Origin: Candidatus Uhrbacteria bacterium
Lineage (GTDB): Bacteria > Patescibacteriota > Patescibacteriia > UBA9934
Assembly (NCBI GenBank): GCA_943350635.1
Contig: CALRAI010000001.1
Location: 4,051-68,050 of the forward strand
Direction: 5' to 3'
Length of the DNA stretch: 64,000 nt
Part shown: piece by piece, positions 56,421 to 64,000 of the stretch
Position numbering within the stretch: the first letter of the stretch is position 1
How the letters are laid out: each line of letters begins with the position of its first letter
Made by a program: the position numbers and the translations under genes
Notes under the pieces: model-generated
What the model was told of the DNA's origin: nothing
Seen by the model: only the letters and a program-made list of their open reading frames with translations
Database searches by the model: none

Positions 56421-59147
56421 TCATTCCTGTGCGTCTGCGACCTCGATACCCGTCATCCATCCCGAGGAAATAGGGAGCCCGATAGTGATACTGGGATCAT
56501 GATTGTGCCACACCTTATGCTCCACTTGGCGAAATGTTTCGAGGGTGATGGGTTTTTCAGGATTGTGTTCGCTGACCGTACTCAGAAACTTGCTGTCAAC
56601 ATTTTCGACGCCACCACCAAATGCCAATGCATCGTCGTTCGCGGCAGTAATAAGAATCATTCCTGCTGTATCAACATTGCTCATGCGGAGAAAACGAAGA
56701 AGATGTTCGGCAAAATCATATCCAGAACATCCTCCAAGAAATAGTCGAAGATTCGGTGCGTTCTGAGAGCGACGAAGTGCTTCTCCAAGTTCTGCTGCGC
56801 TAATAAAGGAGTCGTCGTCAAGATAAAATTTATCGGTTGTTCCATGTCCATCAAGCACAATGGTCGCGCTTCCGGTATGCACGCGACTGATCGCGTCGAG
56901 AAGTGCGCGTTTCTGTACTGATCCCTTGCCGGAATACAAAACATTTTTTGCATCTCCTCCATGCCGAACAAGGAGCTGATCGATGATCGCTTGGGTATTG
57001 AATCGCGTTTCTTCGCCAGCGCCAACAATGAGCTTGGTGTTTGGGCCAAAGATTTCTGTATGTTTTACGGCATTCCACTGTGAGTCGATGTCCCGTATTG
57101 CTCTTGCAATATTTTCATCAGTGACGAGGAGCTGGAGGTCGATCAGTCGTCGAAACGTGGCTTGTGCCATCGAACACAGATTGACGAATGAAACGGTGCC
57201 GTCGGCATGCGAATCAATATATGTATTGAACGATGGCGATGTCACGATGGTTTCGAACGCAAGCATGGGAATCGTAATGAATTGCTCACCCGAAATTGCG
57301 GGTTTTTTGTCGGTTGCAGCCACGGCGGTTTTCAGTTGATGATGGTAATTCATCCCATGCACATCCTCAAGAATTTCCGGCGTAAATCGCATGCCCTTGT
57401 GCGCCATCGATTCAGCAGTTTTTGCATAGGTCACTGTGTCTTGTTCAATATTCGTTGCATGCACCTTGAGGGCATCCCATTGCTCCGGTGTCACTGCAGT
57501 TTTCCAAGTGGAGAGGGTGGATTCCGATGTATTTTCATTATCACGAACCCATGTTGCATACGCATACGGTTGCGCCTCTTCCAGGGTATAGAGCAGAAAA
57601 TATGCATCGACGTTATGCGTACGTCGCAAAAGATCACCAAGACTCAGTGCATCGGCAAAATTGTCCTTGGCGAGTGTGGAAAGAACGAGTCGGTTATCGT
57701 CTTGTGTAAAATGCTCTAATGGAAAATCCTTGTACGGCAGTATCTTTCCGTTGTGTGCTTGCGCAAACATCAACGCTTGCTTTTTGAGGGGTATAGACCG
57801 ATCGAAGGAGGAACTGCGTTTTTCAAAAATGAGCGAGAGTGCAGCCGAAGAATAGGAAGGATCGGTAACGGTGCCCAATATCCATTGGAGCTTAAGCTCA
57901 TCTTCATCGGGCAATCCTTTAAATAAAGAATGGGTGAACCGCGCATCCTGCCAGGAATTGTTGGCAGTTACTGGTCGGGTCCACATTCTTCTTGCAATGA
58001 TATTGCGTGCGGCAGTCTCGCGGTACGGCAGAAGTTCTGGGGAAGAATACTCATTAAAAACTTCTAAAAAAACGAGCGGATTATATTCGGAGGAATAGGC
58101 AAGTCCTCGACGAATGCCAGAAAATTGCTGAATATTTTCTGGTGTAAGAATTCGAGGATTGATTTCGGTAAGATTATTGGTAAGTATTTCAAAATACGCA
58201 TCATTCACGAGTATCTTGAGCTCGGTACGTTCGGCGCTGGTGAAGGGAATCTCCAGTTCGTCCGACTGTTTCCAATAGCCAATAGTCCAGAGTGGGGCTT
58301 TTATGGAAGCATGTCGAAGAAGCTCCATACGCTTCTTTCCAGAAGTGAAGGATGAAAAAATGGTTGTTTCCGATTGTATACTTCGTAAAGCATATTCAGG
58401 AATTTCCGCGGCACAGGTATCAAGGAAACGATCCCATCCGTATGCCTGCGCGATGACTTTTTGCATGGTCGACGAGGTATGAGCAATATCCGCGACGCCT
58501 TGTAGCGATTCTGGGGATTCGGTGATTGCATGAACGGTGGCATCGATAAGAATGCGTTCACGTTCTTTTGGGTTGGAGATAGCAAGGCTGAATGATTCTT
58601 GCGTGCGCCACCATGCTTCCAGGAATTTGAGAGGATGCTCGGTGGATTCAAGAAGAATTGCTTGTCGAAGCAGTGTTTCCGTTTCAGGCATGAGCGCACC
58701 TTGATACCAATAGTGTTCAAATACATTGTGATGCATCGTATCCATCGATGCTTCGATTGCGGAAAAAACATACGGATCAGTAACGTCGAGGTCAACAAAA
58801 ATATCGCGAGACGTAGAATTGGGATCCATGGACTGTATCGCGCTGGAGAGCGCGGGTTGCCCCCAAAAAATATCGGCACGCAAGAAATCGGACGTGTGAT
58901 GAATGAAATCGTGGGGAAATTTTTTCGCAAGAAACTGTGCAATCTTTTCTGCTTCGGGATCCATTGCCCATTCCGGTATATGTTCAAGAAGCTGTTGCGT
59001 GGCGTATGCGTCGTGCTTCTGTGCCTCCTGAAAATACAATGCCGTGGGAAACGTGCTTGCTTCAGCGGGGTGCGACGCTATGCCAACATTGATTCCTAAG
59101 CCAACGGCGGCGCCCATTATAGTGTTGCGAAGCTTCATATTGGCCAA
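56421..59147 (-). CDS. large secreted protein (908 aa) with C-terminal clan CD (C11/caspase-like) cysteine peptidase-like domain
   Basis: Signal peptide. C-terminal IVLDGHG…FLGGCSGYDF resembles the His-Gly / Cys dyad of clostripain/gingipain-type peptidases. Confidence 0.5.
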   Translation of the reverse strand: MANMKLRNTIMGAAVGLGINVGIASHPAEASTFPTALYFQEAQKHDAYATQQLLEHIPEWAMDPEAEKIAQFLAKKFPHDFIHHTSDFLRADIFWGQPALSSAIQSMDPNSTSRDIFVDLDVTDPYVFSAIEASMDTMHHNVFEHYWYQGALMPETETLLRQAILLESTEHPLKFLEAWWRTQESFSLAISNPKERERILIDATVHAITESPESLQGVADIAHTSSTMQKVIAQAYGWDRFLDTCAAEIPEYALRSIQSETTIFSSFTSGKKRMELLRHASIKAPLWTIGYWKQSDELEIPFTSAERTELKILVNDAYFEILTNNLTEINPRILTPENIQQFSGIRRGLAYSSEYNPLVFLEVFNEYSSPELLPYRETAARNIIARRMWTRPVTANNSWQDARFTHSLFKGLPDEDELKLQWILGTVTDPSYSSAALSLIFEKRSSSFDRSIPLKKQALMFAQAHNGKILPYKDFPLEHFTQDDNRLVLSTLAKDNFADALSLGDLLRRTHNVDAYFLLYTLEEAQPYAYATWVRDNENTSESTLSTWKTAVTPEQWDALKVHATNIEQDTVTYAKTAESMAHKGMRFTPEILEDVHGMNYHHQLKTAVAATDKKPAISGEQFITIPMLAFETIVTSPSFNTYIDSHADGTVSFVNLCSMAQATFRRLIDLQLLVTDENIARAIRDIDSQWNAVKHTEIFGPNTKLIVGAGEETRFNTQAIIDQLLVRHGGDAKNVLYSGKGSVQKRALLDAISRVHTGSATIVLDGHGTTDKFYLDDDSFISAAELGEALRRSQNAPNLRLFLGGCSGYDFAEHLLRFLRMSNVDTAGMILITAANDDALAFGGGVENVDSKFLSTVSEHNPEKPITLETFRQVEHKVWHNHDPSITIGLPISSGWMTGIEVADAQE

Positions 59148-59155
59148 AATTCTCC

Positions 59156-59884
59156 TTACAGTGTTTTACTCACTAACGTTCCAACACTTTCTCCATTCAC
59201 AATCCGTTGAATATTTCCCTTGGTGAGCAAGTCGAACACGCGAATCGGCAATCCGTTATCCATTGCAAGGGAAACGGCGGCGTTGTCCATAACGCAAATA
59301 TTTTCGTCGCGAATGGCGTCGAGATGCGAGATGGATTCGAGCTTTACAGCATCGGTATGTTTGTTGGGATCTTTGGAATACACGCCATCGACTTTCGTGG
59401 CTTTTAACACGATGCCGCATCCCAGCTCCAGCGCCGTCGATACTGCAGCAGTGTCGGTTGTTACGTATGGATTCCCTGTGCCACCACCAACAATAACAAT
59501 GCGACCTTTCTCCAAATGACGAATTGCACGACGACGGATAAACGGTTCGGCAACCACATCAATCTTGATTCGTGTCTGCAGACGCGCCGGTTGGCCAAAA
59601 TGCTCAAGAATGTCCACGAGCGCCATACCATTCATGACTGTGGCGAGCATTCCCATGTAATCTGCAGTTGCACGTTCAATCATCACTTCATTTTTCGACA
59701 GCGTTGCACCACGAAGAAAGTTTCCTCCACCAACAACGATCACAATCTGTGCGCCAGTGGTTTTGACCACGGTGTGAAGCTCCTCGGCAAGTCCAAGAAG
59801 AAAATCCGTATCTATGCCAAATTTTTGTGCGCCCGCGAACTGCTCACCGGAAAGTTTGAGGAGAATACGTTGGGGGGATTTCAT
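59156..59884 (-). CDS. pyrH: uridylate kinase
   Basis: RILLKLSGEQFAG…VIVVGGGNFLRG…ATKVDGVYSKDP match the UMP kinase motifs. Confidence 0.85.
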   Translation of the reverse strand: MKSPQRILLKLSGEQFAGAQKFGIDTDFLLGLAEELHTVVKTTGAQIVIVVGGGNFLRGATLSKNEVMIERATADYMGMLATVMNGMALVDILEHFGQPARLQTRIKIDVVAEPFIRRRAIRHLEKGRIVIVGGGTGNPYVTTDTAAVSTALELGCGIVLKATKVDGVYSKDPNKHTDAVKLESISHLDAIRDENICVMDNAAVSLAMDNGLPIRVFDLLTKGNIQRIVNGESVGTLVSKTL

Positions 59885-59951
59885 AGCAAAAGTGTAGCAT
59901 AAAAACCGAATCGGCTGCGCTTTTGGCGCAGCCGTCGTGTAGCCCGTATGG

Positions 59952-60605
59952 CTAGTTCGCAAGGAGGATTACGATGGTGTCGTCCGGAATGACGGCGCCA
60001 AGCGTTGGTTTCCCAACCGGCAGCTCTGCCAAAGGCGGGCTTCCCATACGTTCATGCGTTTCTGCGGTAACCCGTACAAAGCACATTTCTCCCTGCATTC
60101 TGCAACCACCCACGTTGCGCTCGCGAGGTACCCCCGTTTTCTGTATGGGGCAGCAACACGTTGCCTCCCACACGTGTTGGGGGAGCTGGTTGTACCGAAC
60201 GGGTTTCATGTTCGCTCGCCAGCCCACAGTCATTGCTGCGCCGTTGATGGTGGTGGCGAGAATATTCTTTTCGCGGTGGTGCCCGAGAATCGCGCGGTAC
60301 AGACGGAGTCCCACATGAGGATGGCTTCCGTTTCCCGCCTGGGCCGATCCTCGAACGCTGGGGTGCACCCATACCGCTCCGAACTCGTACCAGTTGTCGG
60401 CAGTGAGTGGCTCGATTGCGCCGTGACCGACGATCTCATCGCCACGAAGCGCGATGGCAGAGAGTCCCTGTTCCCAGAAGCTGAAGAGCTCGTCCACGGT
60501 TTTGGGGAGAAGCGGCTGCATCGTCGTTCCGTTCACGACGATGTGTGACGACGATGTGGCTGCAGCAACCACAGAGAGAAGTTCGCGAATGTGAATGCTG
60601 TTCAT
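59952..60605 (-). CDS. possible GNAT-family acetyltransferase
   Basis: Weak GNAT-like core (…GHGAIEP…VHPSVRGSAQAG…). The region is GC-rich with competing frames. Confidence 0.3.
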   Translation of the reverse strand: MNSIHIRELLSVVAAATSSSHIVVNGTTMQPLLPKTVDELFSFWEQGLSAIALRGDEIVGHGAIEPLTADNWYEFGAVWVHPSVRGSAQAGNGSHPHVGLRLYRAILGHHREKNILATTINGAAMTVGWRANMKPVRYNQLPQHVWEATCCCPIQKTGVPRERNVGGCRMQGEMCFVRVTAETHERMGSPPLAELPVGKPTLGAVIPDDTIVILLAN

Positions 60606-60793
60606 TGTGCCTCGTAAGGAGAAATGGGGGTTATGAATCTTTGCACAAACAAAAAAGCGACCAAGGTTTCCCGTAGTCGCTCTGCTGCAATACGCAACGT
60701 TAAGCGCTAAGGGAAATTCCCTTGCACTTCTTTCCGTCGAAACGTATTACGCTATTGTTCATACGCATCAAATAAACCATATCAAGAATTCTT

Positions 60794-61705
60794 GTGTCAA
60801 GTGTTTCTGTGCGTTATGGTTGTTCATATATGATCTCGAACGAGGAACGTATTCTCAAAATTCATGGAGTGCTCCCGGCGCCATCGGTGACGATTATTGG
60901 TGGCACGCATGGGAATGAACGAACGGGAATTGAGGTTGTGCGCAAGCTTCAGGATGAAATTTCTTCTGGCAAACGGGTCGTTGCTGGTGGAACACTTACG
61001 CTTATTCTTGGAAATCCGCTTGCGATTGAAAAAAATGTTCGCGCAATTGATGGACGTGATTTGAATCGATATTTTTCTGCAACGATGCTCGCTGCGGACG
61101 ACGGAAGCGAAGAATTTCGTCGCGCAGGAATTCTCGCAAGCCACATTCGAACTTCCGATATTGTTATTGATATTCATGCAACGAACAAACCATCTGTTCC
61201 ATTCGTGGCATCAAAGAACGACGAAGCACATCGCAACGTATTTCGATGGTTCCATCCGCAATGCGTGCTCACGGACCCGCACTATATTTTTGGCGGGGGA
61301 GTGCCGGTAACAATTGACGAGTACGCCGACAGTCTTGGAAAGATTGGCTTGTGTTTTGAAACGGGTTGGGTGGGAGACGAAACAATGATTCCAGCGGTAT
61401 ACGATTCTGTGGTTCGGTATTGCACTTCGATTGGAATCTTTGCTCCTGCTGAAGACGCTGCTCCAACAATAGACTCAGTGATCTACGAAATTACTGCAGC
61501 AGTTCTGCGTAACGATCTTCCATTTGTGTTCGCTGAAGGTCGTGGGTTGCGGTCATTTGAAAAAATTAGTGCAACTGAAGTTGTGGGATATCACGGAAAC
61601 GATCCGGTGTATGCGGAGAGCGACGGTGTGATTATTTTTCCAAAACTTCCTGAGCATCAACACGTTGGGAAGCCGGTGTGTTACGTGGCAAAAAAAATCA
61701 CTTAG
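60794..61705 (+). CDS. succinylglutamate desuccinylase/aspartoacylase (AstE/AspA) family zinc hydrolase
   Basis: VTIIGGTHGNERTG zinc-binding motif and overall family architecture. Confidence 0.6.
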   Translation: MSSVSVRYGCSYMISNEERILKIHGVLPAPSVTIIGGTHGNERTGIEVVRKLQDEISSGKRVVAGGTLTLILGNPLAIEKNVRAIDGRDLNRYFSATMLAADDGSEEFRRAGILASHIRTSDIVIDIHATNKPSVPFVASKNDEAHRNVFRWFHPQCVLTDPHYIFGGGVPVTIDEYADSLGKIGLCFETGWVGDETMIPAVYDSVVRYCTSIGIFAPAEDAAPTIDSVIYEITAAVLRNDLPFVFAEGRGLRSFEKISATEVVGYHGNDPVYAESDGVIIFPKLPEHQHVGKPVCYVAKKIT

Positions 61706-62661
61706 GACAAAACGCGCATGGACGGCACTGCCCAGCCGTAGCGAGATTCCAATACTTCGAGTTCACGGATTGGAGTGTGTGTTCCATGTGGTCCGGAGGA
61801 AACCCAGCCCTCGTCCTCAAGCGCGCGCATACGCTTCCATGGTTTGCGCAAATCAGCATTGGAAGCAAGAAGGGGAACATCAAAATCATGACAGCCAAGC
61901 TCTTCCGGAACATCGGCGTCATAAATATTCCCAGCAGTCAGGCAACGCCACTTTGCGGATGCGCAGAGCTGCTCGTAGAGCCGACCTTCGTTGGAATGTT
62001 TTTTGAAATACGGTTCGTCTTTCCAGCCAGCATCGGCGGAGGTTGTACGACCAACTCCGTATGAAAGCCGAACGGTGATAGGAAGAAATGGTTCGTGAAG
62101 CTTTGCCTTTTCTTGTAAGAATGCGCGGGTGGCAGTGGCATCTTTTTCCGACGGCGCAACACCGAACGAAATGCTTTTCCCTTTTTTGGTCATGCCGTGC
62201 AAATGCCAATGTGGTGGAAGCTGGGAAGCGCGCGCATAGCCAGCGCCATTTCCCATAACCACAACGGGAAATTCCTTAGTGACACGGAAACCAATCCAGG
62301 TACTGATTGGGAATCGCTGATATATCCATGGAAAACGTACGCCCCAAGAAATAGAAATATCTCCAGTAGTTTGATCAAGGCGAATAACACGTGGGCGGTA
62401 GGCAATACCAAATGAGAGGGCGGCGATAACTGCACACCATAGGGTAGGTAGTAGCACGAATCGTTCTTGCGCGAGAAGAAAAATAACAGGAAGACCGAGC
62501 GCCATGAGTCCAATAGCCAAGAACGGCATGAAGACGGGGACGATAATTCGCGTGCTCAGAATACGGGTATTTTTCACAGCGACGTTGTATGATGTTGTAA
62601 TTTTTTTATTGTGCGCACCGTTTGCACAATGAACACCACCGCATACCCGATCCACACGCAA
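61702..62661 (-). CDS. hypothetical membrane protein
   Basis: N-terminal TM helices and a soluble C-terminal domain with no confident assignment. Confidence 0.35.
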   Translation of the reverse strand: MRVDRVCGGVHCANGAHNKKITTSYNVAVKNTRILSTRIIVPVFMPFLAIGLMALGLPVIFLLAQERFVLLPTLWCAVIAALSFGIAYRPRVIRLDQTTGDISISWGVRFPWIYQRFPISTWIGFRVTKEFPVVVMGNGAGYARASQLPPHWHLHGMTKKGKSISFGVAPSEKDATATRAFLQEKAKLHEPFLPITVRLSYGVGRTTSADAGWKDEPYFKKHSNEGRLYEQLCASAKWRCLTAGNIYDADVPEELGCHDFDVPLLASNADLRKPWKRMRALEDEGWVSSGPHGTHTPIRELEVLESRYGWAVPSMRVLS

Positions 62662-62843
62662 TAGCGAATATCCAAACTGACAGGAATACTCGTTCCCTCC
62701 GCGAATGCCCGAACGCCTTCATACAGCAAAAGTATGCCGATAAAAACCGGAAGGGAATAGAATATTCCATACACATAGGACCTGACGAGAGCGGTGACGA
62801 CATGCCTGAACGTCTTCATAGGTCATTCTCCGGGAAAAATCGC

Positions 62844-63308
62844 CTAGGATGATGCGAGCGCATTGTTCAGCGCATCAGCGAATGGTTGTCCATAAAGCAC
62901 TTTTCCATTGTCGCCGCGATATCCAAAGCCAACGCCCATACCTTGCGGGCTCTTCCCAATGTGATAATCGATGATGCAGTTACTGGTTCGGTGCCCAACC
63001 ACGATTCTGGCGCGTTCATTGCCATTGCGAGTTATGAACACTGGTGTTCCGTGGTTGGACGCAATGCCGATCTTTTCGGTGGTAATGGTGATGCGTGTGA
63101 CAATGGGAATCGTAAGTCCCAATACGCCAAAGCCAATGAACACGAGACCGAGAACAGTCAAACAGAGCATAACGATGATGGAGCCGAGCTCGTTGGTAAC
63201 TGAGGTAATAGTGAGAACGATACCTCCGATTCCAGCGGGAATGAGAAAAATTGCCGGCAGAAGCCGATGGCTCCAATATTCCCGTGGCGAGCGAGTGAAT
63301 GTCGTCAT
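62844..63308 (-). CDS. hypothetical membrane protein (2 TM)
   Basis: Two hydrophobic helices with a soluble domain between and after them. Confidence 0.35.
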   Translation of the reverse strand: MTTFTRSPREYWSHRLLPAIFLIPAGIGGIVLTITSVTNELGSIIVMLCLTVLGLVFIGFGVLGLTIPIVTRITITTEKIGIASNHGTPVFITRNGNERARIVVGHRTSNCIIDYHIGKSPQGMGVGFGYRGDNGKVLYGQPFADALNNALASS

Positions 63309-63314
63309 ACGCGA

Positions 63315-64000
63315 TTATTTCGCATAGCCAGAAACATAGACCATAAGATATGTTCCGTCTGCGAGTTTTGCTACGGTAGAGTCTTGAAGATATCCGCTTC
63401 CGTCTGTTGCAGTCGGCGATGCATCGAGCGCAACGTCCGATGCGGTCCACGTTGATCCATCAACGCTCGTGAAAGACCGAATATTCTTTTCGCTCATGAG
63501 GGAAAAGCCGAACATACGCCAAATGGAATTTTCGATGAGTGGATTGGAGAGGAAATAGCCTGAGCGATTGAGTGATATTGGTGTTGATGCGGAAAGGGTA
63601 AATGTTGCCCCATCAAGCGACGTGGCATGGTATTGGGAAGGTTTACTTGGATCAGCATTAATCACGATCATGTGCCAGACGCCATCAACAAGCATGGTTG
63701 TAGAGTCGATGACGCTGATTGCGCTGGCGAGCGCATGACCCTTGTAGGTGAATGTGATTCCATCGGTGCTGTCTGCATATGAAATGCCAAGAGTCTGAGA
63801 CTTCTGAGGAACGTTATCGGTAAAATACATTCGAATCGTTCCGTCGTCGCGGATCACTACATCCGGATCGCTTGGAGGACGAGTAGATGGCCAGTTTTTG
63901 TAGGTAAGGAATTGATAGGTCCATGTGGCACCATTGTCCTGAGACACGGCCACCGCGGTGGTTTCTTTTCCGGTTTCTATTCCTTGCCCGATGTAATACA
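63315..64000 (-). CDS. beta-propeller glycoside-hydrolase/sialidase-like protein (partial; N-terminus outside window)
   Basis: Repeated D-x-(S/T)-x-W-like and DGTIRMYF… beta-propeller-like segments. The ORF remains open at the window edge. Confidence 0.35.
   Translation of the reverse strand, partial: YYIGQGIETGKETTAVAVSQDNGATWTYQFLTYKNWPSTRPPSDPDVVIRDDGTIRMYFTDNVPQKSQTLGISYADSTDGITFTYKGHALASAISVIDSTTMLVDGVWHMIVINADPSKPSQYHATSLDGATFTLSASTPISLNRSGYFLSNPLIENSIWRMFGFSLMSEKNIRSFTSVDGSTWTASDVALDASPTATDGSGYLQDSTVAKLADGTYLMVYVSGYAK

Noticed and set aside
60054-60548. 164-aa plus-strand ORF opposite the GNAT-like gene.
   Set aside because: Antisense-looking composition. The minus-strand frame shows at least weak acetyltransferase-like motifs.

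Overview
This 64 kb window reads as a small bacterial chromosome segment. Gene content (tight packing, ftsEX, murD, dnaB, recR-ybaB, short ribosomal proteins, many secreted hypotheticals) suggests a Patescibacteria/CPR-like organism, but that phylum call is a guess. The native backbone is about 50% GC and carries housekeeping genes: DedA (partial), recR, ybaB, dnaB, an amino-acid permease, a P-type ATPase, murD plus a second Mur ligase, an FtsB-like protein, a parvulin PPIase, ftsE/ftsX, an NMN adenylyltransferase, an SPFH protein, gpsA, htrA, HU, an LCP protein, rpmB, a dihydrolipoamide-dehydrogenase-like oxidoreductase, a WecA/MraY-family transferase, rplU, pyrH, and four tRNAs (Lys-TTT, Thr-CGT, Gly-CCC, Gln-TTG). 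Several accessory blocks are embedded in it. (1) An ~11 kb AT-rich integrative element sits in the 3' end of tRNA-Lys, between 30-bp direct repeats at 9013-9042 and 19984-20013. It ends in an excisionase plus a tyrosine integrase and carries an operon of membrane, secreted and zinc-ribbon proteins together with an HD-domain small alarmone hydrolase. (2) A diversity-generating retroelement (DGR) lies at 35621-39744: an RT with the GxxxSQ hallmark, a TR/VR pair showing 17 of 17 adenine-specific substitutions, a C-type-lectin/FGE-fold variable C-terminus on a 737-aa target, an Avd-like gene, and a (TC)20 microsatellite. It sits inside a region bracketed by partial copies of the tRNA-Gln 3' end and next to a ParB-fused DNA methyltransferase and a second methyltransferase. 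(3) Two GC-rich inserts occur at 7140-8470 and 30500-32400. (4) A palindromic MITE-like repeat family is present in three copies. (5) A conserved ~100-nt upstream element occurs before ybaB, HU and tRNA-Lys. (6) A ~140-nt structured element with compensatory base changes is present in both mobile regions. There are also apparent gene disruptions: gpsA has an in-frame TAA, and a DUF1905 gene is frameshifted at an A8 run. All homology calls are from motif recognition by eye, with no searches run. Coordinates of small elements are approximate to a few bases.
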